Translations under genes and position numbers: made by a program
The notes under the pieces: model-generated
What the model saw: only the letters and a program-made list of their open reading frames with translations
What the model was told of the DNA's origin: nothing
Database searches by the model: none
From: Actinomycetota bacterium
GTDB taxonomy: Bacteria; Actinomycetota; AC-67
Length of the DNA: 33,683 nucleotides
NCBI GenBank assembly: GCA_035541035.1
Contig: DATLFO010000168.1
Span: 1 to 33,683 of the forward strand
Direction of reading: 5' to 3'
Shown: positions 1 through 9,186 of the stretch, piece after piece
Layout: each line of letters opens with the position of its first letter
How positions within the stretch are numbered: position 1 is the stretch's first letter

Positions 1-1419
1 GTACAGGGCCTCGCGGTGGGCGCCGCATCCGTTGTGGCGGTCACGGTTGCCGCATCGCTGACGCTGCTGCCGGCGCTGCTGGGCTTCGCCGGGCAGAAGA
101 TCGAGCTGACTCGCTGGCGCGGCCTGATCGCGGCGGGCTTCGTCGCGATCGCGCTGGCCGGCGTCGGTCTGGACATCACGCCGCTGCTGGTCGGCCTCCC
201 GGTCGCGGCGGTGGTTCTGATCGCGGGCCTGTTCGCCGCTCCGCTCAAGCGCGAGGTCAGGCATCGTTCGCGCAAACCGCTTCGCGAGACCGCGGCGTAC
301 CGGTGGAGCCGCGTCGTTCAACACCATCCGTGGAAGGTTGCCCTGATCTCGTCCGGGGTGCTGATCGCGCTCGCGCTGCCGTTCTTCAGCCTGCGCCTGG
401 CGTTTTCGGACGAAGGCAACTACGGCGAGGAGACCAGCACCCGCAAGGCCTACGATCTGCTCGCCGAAGGATTCGGTCCCGGCTTCAACGGGCCGATGAT
501 CATGGCGGCCGAGATCCCGCGGGGCACCGACCGGGCCGCGTTGCAGGCCGTCACTGATGCCGCACAGCGCGACCCCGGGGTCGCGTTCGTCTCGCCGCCG
601 GTCATCAGCGAAGACTTCAGCGCGGTGCTGTGGCGTCTGATCCCGACGACTGCGCCGCAGGACGAGGCGACCGCCGCGACGGTCCGGCGTCTGCGCACGC
701 AGGTCCTGCCACCGGCCGCGAGCCGCCTTGGCATGGACGTCACCATCACCGGCGCGGTCGCGGTCTCGCAGGACTTCGGGAACTATCTGGGGTCGCGCTA
801 CCCGTACTTCTTCGGCGCGGTGCTGATCCTTTCGTTCCTGCTGCTGATGGCCGTGTTCCGGTCGGTGCTGGTGCCGGTGAAGGCCGTGATCATGAACTTG
901 CTGTCGATCGCCGCCGCCTACGGCGTCGTCGTCGCGCTGTTCCAATGGGGCTGGCTGTCCGCGATCACCGGGGTGCAGCCCGCACCGATCGAGCCGTGGG
1001 CGCCGATGATGCTCTTCGCGATCGTGTTCGGCCTGTCAATGGATTACGAGGTGTTCCTGCTGTCGCGCGTCCGTGAAGAGTGGCGCCGCACCGGTGACAG
1101 CCGCCGCTCCGTCGCCGACGGCCTCGCGGCGACGGCCAAGGTCATCAGCGCCGCGGCCGCGATCATGGTCGTGGTCTTCGGTAGCTTCATCTTGGAGCAG
1201 GATCGCGTGATCAAGCTGATGGGAACCGGCCTGGCGATGGCGATCCTGCTGGACGCGACGATCGTGCGAATGCTGCTCGTGCCGGCCACGATGGAGCTGC
1301 TGGGCGACAAGAACTGGTGGCTGCCGCGCTGGCTCGACAAGATTTTGCCCCGTGTGGACGTCGAGGGAACCGCCACGCCGGTCGATCAGATCGACGAGCC
1401 GGTTACCGGTGTGCGGTAG
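1..1419 (+). CDS. MMPL-family (RND superfamily) membrane transporter, C-terminal portion; 5' end lies outside the window
   Basis: The frame is open from base 1 (track ORF 16..1419). The translation shows a TM cluster, a soluble loop and a second TM cluster. It contains GLSMDYEVFLLSRVREEW and LLDATIVRMLLVPATMELLGDKNWWLP, motifs typical of MmpL-type transporters. TAG stop at 1417-1419. Confidence 0.85.
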   Translation, partial: VQGLAVGAASVVAVTVAASLTLLPALLGFAGQKIELTRWRGLIAAGFVAIALAGVGLDITPLLVGLPVAAVVLIAGLFAAPLKREVRHRSRKPLRETAAYRWSRVVQHHPWKVALISSGVLIALALPFFSLRLAFSDEGNYGEETSTRKAYDLLAEGFGPGFNGPMIMAAEIPRGTDRAALQAVTDAAQRDPGVAFVSPPVISEDFSAVLWRLIPTTAPQDEATAATVRRLRTQVLPPAASRLGMDVTITGAVAVSQDFGNYLGSRYPYFFGAVLILSFLLLMAVFRSVLVPVKAVIMNLLSIAAAYGVVVALFQWGWLSAITGVQPAPIEPWAPMMLFAIVFGLSMDYEVFLLSRVREEWRRTGDSRRSVADGLAATAKVISAAAAIMVVVFGSFILEQDRVIKLMGTGLAMAILLDATIVRMLLVPATMELLGDKNWWLPRWLDKILPRVDVEGTATPVDQIDEPVTGVR

Positions 1420-2336
1420 GCAGCCAGGCCCGAGCGGATCGCATCGACGACGCCGTCGCGTCGGCGTTTCACGTCTTCGTCGGTGACGTGCAGAATCCGC
1501 CATCCGGCCGACGTCAGCGCGTTGCGTCGTGCCAGATCGCTTTGCCAAACGTCGCGGCCGGCGTGCCAACGGTATCCATCGGCCTCGATGCCGAACATCG
1601 CATCCGGATAGGCGAAGTCGATGAACGCGCGCCGGGCACCGAGCAGGATTTCGCATTGCGGGATCGGCCGAGGCAGGCCGCTGGTGACGATCAGATCGTA
1701 GACGGCGGACTCGAGCGGGCTTTGGAGAAGCGCCGGAAGGCCGTCCCGGTCGGCGGCTGCCGCACGGACGACCTCGATGCCGCGCCGGCCCCGCTGGGCG
1801 AGCGCGTCGGCGCGGCGCATGAGCCGGGGAATCGTAATCAGGCGGCGTCGAAGCGCATCATCCAGCGCCGCGCCGACGGTCGCGTCCGGGACGACCGCGG
1901 CCAGGTCGATCAGCGTGCGTGCCGGCGAGGTCACCGGGATCTCCCCGATGTGCGTGACATCCCGGCGGTGCAGGGCCGAGCGATGAGCGATGAAGTCCCG
2001 GCGGCCGCGATACGTCGGATGCGTGATCTCGACGGCCGCGTCGGAACAGTCGGGGAAGCGCCACAGGCGAGCGGCGGCGCGGTGGGACGCGGCCGAGCCG
2101 GCCCCGGCCGACAGCAGCGCCATGAACATCTCGCTGTTCCACGACAGCGGATGTCCGGCGATTGCGTAGATGCCGTGTCCGACACGCAGCCAGCGGCCCG
2201 CATCGCATCGACGCTGGATCATGCGTGCCGTCGCACCCAGGGGCAGGGCCTGACCACGGCTGAAGACCCCGAACTGGCGTGCGGCGAGCCTCGCGAGCGC
2301 TGCATCAACGGTTTCTGTGGACATTCGAGTACCCAT
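1386..2336 (-). CDS. AbiEi-antitoxin-like N-terminal domain fused to a DUF559 (Vsr-like endonuclease fold) domain
   Basis: Track ORF 1386..2543. I place the start at the internal ATG at 2336-2334 (MGTRMSTETV; alternative ATG at 2324) because upstream of it lies the stop of the neighbouring ABC gene. The N-terminus (LARLAARQFGVFSRGQAL...RRCDAGRWLRVGHGIY) resembles the AbiEi_4-type domain. The C-terminus (IDFAYPDAMFGIEADGYRWHAGRDVWQSDLARRNALTSAGWRILHVTDEDV) matches the DUF559 pattern. The 3' end overlaps the convergent MmpL gene by 34 nt. Confidence 0.75.
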   Translation of the reverse strand: MGTRMSTETVDAALARLAARQFGVFSRGQALPLGATARMIQRRCDAGRWLRVGHGIYAIAGHPLSWNSEMFMALLSAGAGSAASHRAAARLWRFPDCSDAAVEITHPTYRGRRDFIAHRSALHRRDVTHIGEIPVTSPARTLIDLAAVVPDATVGAALDDALRRRLITIPRLMRRADALAQRGRRGIEVVRAAAADRDGLPALLQSPLESAVYDLIVTSGLPRPIPQCEILLGARRAFIDFAYPDAMFGIEADGYRWHAGRDVWQSDLARRNALTSAGWRILHVTDEDVKRRRDGVVDAIRSGLAAYRTPVTGSSI

Positions 2337-2372
2337 ACGGTTGCCGAATGACCAAAGAAAGCATGGCGCGGC

Positions 2373-2393
2373 GGAAACGCCAAAGGCCTGGCG
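2373..2393 (-). terminator. Weak candidate intrinsic terminator after the fused ABC gene
   Basis: On the minus strand the sequence reads CGCCA-GGCCTT-TGGCG followed by TTTCC, 23 nt after the stop at 2416. The stem is only 5 bp and the U-tract is poor. Confidence 0.25.
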
Positions 2394-2415
2394 GGAGCTT
2401 CGGCAGGGTTGCGAA

Positions 2416-5160
2416 CTAATGGATGAGTGCGGGCTCCGGCGTGCTCGCGGCATCGGTGCCCAGGTAGGCGGCGATAACGGCGGGATCGCTGCGGATCTCA
2501 GCCGGCGTGCCGGTCGCGATGATGCGACCTTGGTCCAGCACATACATGCGGTCGGACAGGCTCATCACGAACCGAACGTCGTGCTCGACGATCAGAAGGC
2601 TCAGCCCGAGGCCCTCGCGCAGCGCGACTAGCAGCTCGCGCAGCCGGTCGGTCTCGCGCTCGTCCAGGCCGCTCGCGGGCTCGTCGAGCAGAATCAGGTT
2701 GGCGCCGGTCACCAGCGCACGCGCAATCTCGACCATGCGAAGCACGCCGAACGGCAGGTCGCCGCAGCGGGCGTCGAGCACCGGTCCGAGCCCGACCGTG
2801 GCCGCGGCGGCGTGCACGCGAGCGCGGGCGGCCTCCTCGTCCTTCAACGCCTTGTCGGTCAGCAGCAGATGAGAGCCCGGCCCGGTCGTGCCGTGTAGGT
2901 GCGTGGCGACCATCAGGTTGTCGAACACGGTGGATTCTTTGAAAAGCTGGATCGCCTGGAACGTGCGGCCCATACCGAGGGCGGCGCGCTCGTGCACGCC
3001 CAGCGCGGTGACGACCCGTCCAGCGATCGAGACGCTGCCTGCCTGCGGCGAGTTCATCCCACCGATCGCGTTGAACATCGTGGTTTTGCCGGCGCCGTTG
3101 GGTCCGATCAGCCCGACGGTCTCGCCGCGCTCGACGCGCAGCGAGGCCTCACCGACCGCGGTCAGTCCTCCGAAACGCACGGTGATCCCGGAAGCCTCCA
3201 GCGCCGGCGGCGGCGGGCCCTGTCCGTTCGCGGACGGCGGCGCCGCGGCGGCGGGAAGCTGCGGCGGATCAAGCATCGCGCGTGGCGCCTCGACGGCCGA
3301 TCGGCGCGCGAGCAGCTTTCGGACCGGCTCGGCGCGCGCGAGGATCGCGATGAGCAGCAGCCCGCCGGACACCAGCTCGAGGTAGCCGTTGAGGAACGTC
3401 AGGCGGAAGAAGATCTCGTTGAGCGCGGCGAACAGCGCGGCGGCCGCGGCGGCGCCGCCCAGCCTCGTCAACCCGCCGACCGCGGCGATCGCGAGATAGA
3501 ACAGGGACCACTTGAACGAGAATTGATCGGCGTTCGCGGTGCGCTGGTCGATCATGATCAAGTTGCCCGCGATCCCGGCCAGCACGCCCGAGACGGCGAA
3601 CGCGAACAGCTTCGTGCGCGTGACATTGATGCCCATCGAGGCGGCCGCAAGCTCGGAACCGCGGACGGCGAACATCGCGCGGCCGGTACGCGAGTCGCGC
3701 CAGTTTGCGGCCGCCGCGATCGCCAGCGCCGCGCCCGCGAGCGCCACGTAATAGAAGATCCGTCGCTGCGTCAGGTCGAACGAGGGAAAGGCGCCCTCGC
3801 GACCCACGACGGTGTTGCCGATGATCGTCGAGCCCCCCTCGCCGACGAGCCAGGCCTGTTTGAACAGATACGCGTCGGCCATCCATCCGAAGATCAGCGT
3901 CGCGACCGCCAGGTACAGCCCGCGTACGCGCAGCGCGACCACGCCCAGCAGCGCGGCGGCACCGCCCGCGATCGCCGCGGCAATCGGCAAGTTCAGCGGG
4001 AACGGGATCCCGAACTTCTTGACCATCAGCCCGGTCGAGAACGCGGCGAGCCCCACGAACGAGGCCTGCGCGAGCGAGATCTGGCCGACCCAGCCGGTCA
4101 ACACGACGAGCGAGACCGCCGCGATGGTGAAGATCGCGGCCAGCGCGGCGTCGCCGTGCAGCGAGTCGGCCAGCCCGGCCATCGACGACGGGAACGGCAC
4201 CCACGGCCAGGCCAACGCGACCACCAGCGTGACCCACACCCACGGCGAGCGAAGCCGCAGCCGCTTCGGCTTGCGGATCGCGGCGCCACGGCCGCTGTCC
4301 TCCTCGGTGCCCGAGATCTTCTTGCCGCGTAGCGCCATGACGCCGAGCGCCAGGATCGTGAGCACCAGCTGTCCGACGCCCGGCGAGGCTGTGAATCCGC
4401 CGACGACGCCTTGCACCAGGCCCACGATGGCCGCGCCGGCGAGCGCGCCGCCGAGCGATCCGAGCCCGCCCAGCAGCGCCGCGACGAATGCGGGAAGCAC
4501 CTGCCGCGACAGTGTGTAGGGCTCGAGGTTGGTGACGCCGGCGAGCAGCACGCCGGCGGTCGCGGCGAGCGCGCCGCCCAGCGCCCACGCCGCCGAGGTT
4601 GTGCGGTCCGGGTCCACACCCATCAGCGATGCGGCTCGCCGGTTGTCGGCCGCACCGCGCATCGCGAGACCGATGTCGGTGTACTGCAGCATCATCGCGA
4701 TCGATCCCGCGGCGATGAGCGCGACGAGCGCCAGCCCCATCTCGCCGTACTGAAGGATCGAGTTGCCCACGTCGATCGAGCCATCCGGGAAGATCGTGGG
4801 CGCGGCCAGCGGGGCCGTGCCCCAGACGCGCGCGATCAGCGCGACGAGCACGCCGAGCACCGCGACGGTCCCGACCGTCTGGGTGGTCTGCGACTCGCTG
4901 CGAAGCGGCCGCAGCACGCCGCGCTCGACGATCATGCCGAGCACCGCGCCCGAGGCAATCGCCAGCGGCAGCACCAGGAACATGGGCACGCCGGCCTTGG
5001 ACATCGAGTACGCGAGGTAGGCGGGCAGGGTCGCCATCGCGCCGTGCGCGAGGTTGAGGATGCGCGAGGCGCGGTAGATCACCACGATGCCGAGCGCGAA
5101 CATCGAATAGGCGCCCGCCAGTGGCAGCGCCAGCAGGATGCTGGTCAGGATCTTCGTCAC
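2416..5160 (-). CDS. Liv-type (HAAT family) ABC transporter with LivH-like permease, LivM-like permease and LivG-like ATPase fused in one polypeptide (~914 aa)
   Basis: Track ORF 2416..5223 has no internal stop. GTG at 5160-5158 overlaps the TGA of the upstream SBP gene (GTGA). The N-terminal ~290 aa are LivH-like (LNLAHGAMATLPAYLAY; DNRRAASLMGVD). After the linker RGKKISGTEEDSGRG, the middle ~330 aa are LivM-like (GWVGQISLAQASFVGLAAF; MFAVRGSELAAASMGINV). After a Pro-rich linker, the C-terminus is an ABC ATPase with Walker A GPNGAGKTT, signature-like LPFGVLR and Walker B LILLDEPASGLD, ending in AAYLG. Confidence 0.85.
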   Translation of the reverse strand: MTKILTSILLALPLAGAYSMFALGIVVIYRASRILNLAHGAMATLPAYLAYSMSKAGVPMFLVLPLAIASGAVLGMIVERGVLRPLRSESQTTQTVGTVAVLGVLVALIARVWGTAPLAAPTIFPDGSIDVGNSILQYGEMGLALVALIAAGSIAMMLQYTDIGLAMRGAADNRRAASLMGVDPDRTTSAAWALGGALAATAGVLLAGVTNLEPYTLSRQVLPAFVAALLGGLGSLGGALAGAAIVGLVQGVVGGFTASPGVGQLVLTILALGVMALRGKKISGTEEDSGRGAAIRKPKRLRLRSPWVWVTLVVALAWPWVPFPSSMAGLADSLHGDAALAAIFTIAAVSLVVLTGWVGQISLAQASFVGLAAFSTGLMVKKFGIPFPLNLPIAAAIAGGAAALLGVVALRVRGLYLAVATLIFGWMADAYLFKQAWLVGEGGSTIIGNTVVGREGAFPSFDLTQRRIFYYVALAGAALAIAAAANWRDSRTGRAMFAVRGSELAAASMGINVTRTKLFAFAVSGVLAGIAGNLIMIDQRTANADQFSFKWSLFYLAIAAVGGLTRLGGAAAAAALFAALNEIFFRLTFLNGYLELVSGGLLLIAILARAEPVRKLLARRSAVEAPRAMLDPPQLPAAAAPPSANGQGPPPPALEASGITVRFGGLTAVGEASLRVERGETVGLIGPNGAGKTTMFNAIGGMNSPQAGSVSIAGRVVTALGVHERAALGMGRTFQAIQLFKESTVFDNLMVATHLHGTTGPGSHLLLTDKALKDEEAARARVHAAAATVGLGPVLDARCGDLPFGVLRMVEIARALVTGANLILLDEPASGLDERETDRLRELLVALREGLGLSLLIVEHDVRFVMSLSDRMYVLDQGRIIATGTPAEIRSDPAVIAAYLGTDAASTPEPALIH

Positions 5161-6593
5161 CGTTTGGGCGCGTCCATGCCGACCCACGGGTCGGCGATCC
5201 AGCCGGTGCGCTCGTCGCGCCACTTCTCGAACGAGCCGTTGTTCATCACGACGCTGAAGGCCTGAACGCTGTTGTTGGCGAAGTGGTTGCCTCGCCGCCA
5301 GCGCAGCGGCTGCGTCAGCCCGTCATCGAGCACGGTCGAGTCGAGCACGTCGCGCAGGCGCTCGCGGGTCAGGTCCGGGCCGACCTGACGCAGCGCCTTC
5401 ACCAGAAGCTGCATACCCAGATACCCGCCCTCGACGAACGGGTTGTTCACGTCCACGGTCGAGGAGTTCGCGCGCAGGTCATTGACGTAGGCGCTCACGG
5501 CAGGCAGGTCGTCGAACGGCGGGATCGGAGGCGTGTAGCCGGTCCAGACCCACAGGCCGTTGCACGGCTGTCCGCACGCGCGCGCGAACGAGTCAACGAA
5601 CAGCGGCTGTGGCCCGCCGGTGCCGCCCGGCTGCATCCCACCGAACGACGCGCCGTCGCGGATCCACTGCAGGGCCGTCGGCGGCTCGAGCAGCATCGCG
5701 ACGAAATCGCAGGGATTGCAACGACCGTTGAACCGGTCCACGTCGTTCTTGTACGAGGGCTGGCCGGCCTCGATGCCGATGTCGGCCTTGATCGCGGCGG
5801 TCGAGCCCATCATCCGGCGGATCGCGCCGCGGAACGCCGAGGCTCCCTCGACCCCGAAGTGGTAGGACTTGTCGTAGACGAGCCCGAACGTCTTGGCGCC
5901 GCGGTCGCGCGCGTTCTTGGCCATCACGTGCATCGTGGTGATCGTGGAGGCGGCGACCGGCCAGACCCACGGGTCGGTGTACTGGCTGATCAGCATGCCG
6001 TCGGCGCCGACCACCGGGATGCCGGCCTTGCTGATGTCGCCGTTGCGGATCGCGGCGTCGAGGCCCTCCGACGATGGCGAGACCGCGAGCGCGAACACGC
6101 CCTCGGAGATGAAGTTGCGGATGAACTGCTGGCCGCGTGCCGCGTCCCAGCCGTCGTCGACCATCTTCAGGTTGAGCAGCCGGCCGCACACGCCACCGCC
6201 GCGGTTGACTTTGTTGACCACGGCCTGCAGCGCGATCGGAACCTCCTTCAGGAACGACGCGCCGATGCCGGTCTTGACGACGGTCGCCCCCAGCTTGATC
6301 GAGGAGTTGGTCACGCCGGTGTCGGTCGCGCCGCCGTTGCGGCCGCGCACGCACTCCAGCGTCTTGCCGCCGCGCACGACGGGCGCGGCGCCGGGACCGT
6401 CGCCCGGATTGGCCGTCGCGCCGGGCGCCGCCGACGGGTCGCCCGGCTGCGACGGGTCTGTCGGCGCACCGTCCTGCCCCACGGTGTAGGTGCGCGTCTC
6501 GGGCTTGGACACGTAGCGGGTCGCGAACGACACCGTCGAGAGCAAAACCACCGCGAGCAGCGCGGGCAAGGCTTTGAAGATCTTGCGCTTCAT
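5157..6593 (-). CDS. ABC transporter substrate-binding protein, type-1 periplasmic-binding fold (Leu/Ile/Val-binding family-like), with signal or anchor and a Pro/Gly-rich tether
   Basis: ATG at 6593-6591 (MKRKIFKALPALLAVVLLS) forms an ATGA overlap with the stop of the upstream gene. The core (IKLGATVVKTGIGASF...VNRGGGVCGRLLNLKMVDDGWD...) fits the LivJ/K-like SBP pattern. The stop overlaps the GTG of the downstream permease gene. Confidence 0.8.
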   Translation of the reverse strand: MKRKIFKALPALLAVVLLSTVSFATRYVSKPETRTYTVGQDGAPTDPSQPGDPSAAPGATANPGDGPGAAPVVRGGKTLECVRGRNGGATDTGVTNSSIKLGATVVKTGIGASFLKEVPIALQAVVNKVNRGGGVCGRLLNLKMVDDGWDAARGQQFIRNFISEGVFALAVSPSSEGLDAAIRNGDISKAGIPVVGADGMLISQYTDPWVWPVAASTITTMHVMAKNARDRGAKTFGLVYDKSYHFGVEGASAFRGAIRRMMGSTAAIKADIGIEAGQPSYKNDVDRFNGRCNPCDFVAMLLEPPTALQWIRDGASFGGMQPGGTGGPQPLFVDSFARACGQPCNGLWVWTGYTPPIPPFDDLPAVSAYVNDLRANSSTVDVNNPFVEGGYLGMQLLVKALRQVGPDLTRERLRDVLDSTVLDDGLTQPLRWRRGNHFANNSVQAFSVVMNNGSFEKWRDERTGWIADPWVGMDAPKR

Positions 6594-9160
6594 CGTGCTC
6601 CCACGTGCCGTCGACGCAGGATCAGGTAGGCGGGCAGCCCGAGGAACAACCACAGCGCTCCCAGCAGGAGCGCATCCTTCGGCTTCGCGAGCGCGAGCGC
6701 CGAACCCGCGGCGATGCGGCGCACGAAGGTCTCGGTGACGGTCTTGGTTCCTTTGACGACCGGCGCCGGCGGCGGCGGGACCGGTGCGTCGACCGTCGGC
6801 TCGACGGTGGGGACCGGCTCGACGGACGGCTCGGGCTCGGGCTCCGGCTCCGGCGCATCCTGGCCGAGCAGGTAGATGCCGTAGTGAGACTCGGCCTGCA
6901 CGCCCGCGAGCTGAACGACCTGACGGCTGCGGCCGGCGCGGCCGTCGGCGAAGAACGTGACCTGCATCCCGGTGACCTCGGGCGCGTCGTCATCGTTGAG
7001 CGTCTTTTCGGCGTAGCCCCGGAAGGTCTCCTTCTGCACGACGGCCTGATAGCCGCGCTTCGAGCCGCCGAACCACGCGGTATCGGGCGAGGGGAACTCG
7101 ACCTTGACCTGGCCCGGCAACGCCTGCTCGATCGCGGCTGCGACGGCCTGTGGGCGGCACAGCTCGCATGTGAAGTCCACGGTCCCGTTTCCGTCGGTGT
7201 CGATGCGCACGTTCTCGATGAAACGTTCGAACGAACCGGCGGCGGTGCCCGGCCGTCCCTTCGCGCGCGTGAGCGCCTCGGCACGGATCTCTCCGATGCG
7301 CACGCGGTTTCCGATCGACACGTCCTGCACGACCGCGATGGCGCGGGCGACCAGGCCGTCGCGCTCGTTGCGCGAAACGTTCCCGAACGCGACCAGGGCG
7401 CGGGTGGACAGCAGCGCGCCCTCGTCGGTGGCCGAGCCGGTCAGCGCCGATGCCCCCGTCACCGACGTCGCATCGAGGTCGCAACTTGCCGACGAGCCCG
7501 CCTCGTTCTTCGATTCGGGCCGGCCGGCGTCGTCGCGGCACTCGGCCGCGGGGAAGGGCCAGGCCCGGCCGGCGCGCTCGGCGTCGCGGAGCGTGCCCGC
7601 GTCCGCGTGGCCGAACGATGCGGCGGCCTCCGACGAAGCATTGCCGATCGAGACGTTGTGCACGCGCGCGGCGTACAGGTCGCGGTTGGACTGGTCGAGT
7701 GGAACCGTCGCGACCGCGGCGGCCGCGGCGTCGAAGCCGCGGTCCTCGGGCGAGAACTGTCCGAGCGCGAGATTCCAGACCATGCGCTGCGCGCCGCCCG
7801 TGGTGAGCGCGCGCATCGCGAACGCGCGCGCACCGCCGGTGTAGTTCACGTCGGTCACGCCTTTTCGCTCGGCGACGTCGGCGGTGAGCGCGTCGGGATC
7901 GCCGGGCGGCGGGTCCTTGGACACGCGGATGGTGTCCTTCAGGATCAGGTACTCGGTGGATTGGCCCTGCGGGTTCTTCACGAACGGGCTCGGCAGGAAG
8001 ACGCGACGGGTCACCGGATCGACGTGAATCGAGCCGATCACCTGTCCGGCGAGCTCGCGGAAGAGCAGGCCGGCGGGCAGGGGAGTGCGGCGCGCGTCGG
8101 CGATCAGGAAACCCGCGGGCGTCTCCATGTAGAGCCGTCCGGTCGCGGGATCGATGCCCATCGCGTAGTCGCTCGCGCCCACGCGGTTGTCGCCCGAGGC
8201 GATCACGCCGAGAAACGACGAGCGCAGCCCGTCGAAAACCCACGCGCCGCGACCCGCACCGCCGTTGGTGGTCAGGAAGAAGACCCGGTCGGATCCCGCG
8301 TCGAACTGGGCCGAGAGCGGACCGGGCACGCCGGGGAAGACCTCGACGCCGGCCGGGCCGGCGGCGGTCAACGTCACGCGCAGCACCTGCGCCTGCACGT
8401 TGCCCGGCCCGTAGCAGGTCACGTAGATGGTGCCGGGACGCAGCCGGCTGCGCGCGAGCACGGGCGCGTACTGCATGTCCTGCGCGTTGAAGCAGTCGTC
8501 GAGCAGATACTCGAAGCGGCGAGTGCCGTCGAGGGCACGCTCCTCCAGCCACAGACGCGTACGGCCCATCACCTCGGTCGGGGCGCGCGTCAGCAGGTAG
8601 ACGGTCTTGCCGCCGTCGTGCGTGGCGAGCGCGAGCGGAAAGCGCGTCGAGCCCGGCCACAGCTGCGGTCCCTGCGTGACCTTCTTGGTGCGAAGGTCGA
8701 TCCAGATCAGCCGGTGCGCCTCCAAGCGAAGCTGGGGATCGACGGTGCGCTCGATCGCGATGATGCGGCGGGTGGACTCCTCAAGCCGCCATTGCCATTC
8801 GGTCGGACCCGAAGTGGTGACGGCCGGCATCAGCTCGGGGATCTCGGTCGTGGAGAGCAGCTTGAGCGAGTCGAGGTCAACCTCGAACAGCAGCATTCGT
8901 CCCTCGCGCAGCGACGCCTGCCATCCGCGGCGAGCCTTGGCCTCGATCAGGATGTTGCCGTTGGCGGCGATCGAGTCCAGGCCGGTACGGCGATCCAGCG
9001 TTCCGACGGTCCGCATCCCCCCGTCCGCCGTGGCCGGTGCGTCCGGCAAGGCCGTGAACACGGCAGGCGCGACCACGGCGACCACGACGAGCCGAAGCAA
9101 AGCGCGGCGAACCCGGAGGCGTGGCGCCCCCGGGTTCGCAGCCTTCCCGATTCCCTGCAT
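6590..9160 (-). CDS. Large (~856 aa) secreted hypothetical protein with a C-terminal membrane anchor; beta-propeller-like N-terminal half, function unknown
   Basis: Track ORF 6590..9730. I place the start at ATG 9160-9158 (MQGIGKAANPG...), preceded by GAGAGGAA, because the region upstream of it is occupied by gene 9187..9999. It has an N-terminal signal-like segment (RRALLRLVVVAVVAPAVFTALPDAPATA). Repeated motifs of the type GIDPATGRLY and HVDPVTRRVF are reminiscent of YncE-like propeller blades. The C-terminus has a PEPEPEPEP/Pro-rich linker, then a TM helix (LLLGALWLFLGLPAYLIL) followed by RRRH. I recognise no family. Confidence 0.7.
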   Translation of the reverse strand: MQGIGKAANPGAPRLRVRRALLRLVVVAVVAPAVFTALPDAPATADGGMRTVGTLDRRTGLDSIAANGNILIEAKARRGWQASLREGRMLLFEVDLDSLKLLSTTEIPELMPAVTTSGPTEWQWRLEESTRRIIAIERTVDPQLRLEAHRLIWIDLRTKKVTQGPQLWPGSTRFPLALATHDGGKTVYLLTRAPTEVMGRTRLWLEERALDGTRRFEYLLDDCFNAQDMQYAPVLARSRLRPGTIYVTCYGPGNVQAQVLRVTLTAAGPAGVEVFPGVPGPLSAQFDAGSDRVFFLTTNGGAGRGAWVFDGLRSSFLGVIASGDNRVGASDYAMGIDPATGRLYMETPAGFLIADARRTPLPAGLLFRELAGQVIGSIHVDPVTRRVFLPSPFVKNPQGQSTEYLILKDTIRVSKDPPPGDPDALTADVAERKGVTDVNYTGGARAFAMRALTTGGAQRMVWNLALGQFSPEDRGFDAAAAAVATVPLDQSNRDLYAARVHNVSIGNASSEAAASFGHADAGTLRDAERAGRAWPFPAAECRDDAGRPESKNEAGSSASCDLDATSVTGASALTGSATDEGALLSTRALVAFGNVSRNERDGLVARAIAVVQDVSIGNRVRIGEIRAEALTRAKGRPGTAAGSFERFIENVRIDTDGNGTVDFTCELCRPQAVAAAIEQALPGQVKVEFPSPDTAWFGGSKRGYQAVVQKETFRGYAEKTLNDDDAPEVTGMQVTFFADGRAGRSRQVVQLAGVQAESHYGIYLLGQDAPEPEPEPEPSVEPVPTVEPTVDAPVPPPPAPVVKGTKTVTETFVRRIAAGSALALAKPKDALLLGALWLFLGLPAYLILRRRHVGAR

Positions 9161-9186
9161 CGGGTTCCTCTCGCCTTTGGTTGTGG

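Noticed and set aside
6590-6860. PEPEPEPEP followed by a C-terminal TM helix and an Arg cluster in the large protein, considered as a PEP-CTERM/exosortase or sortase signal.
   Set aside because: The PEP repeat lies ~60 residues upstream of the TM helix rather than directly adjacent. There is no LPxTG or LAxTG motif, and PEP-CTERM systems are Gram-negative features. It is more simply a Pro/Glu-rich stalk plus a membrane anchor.
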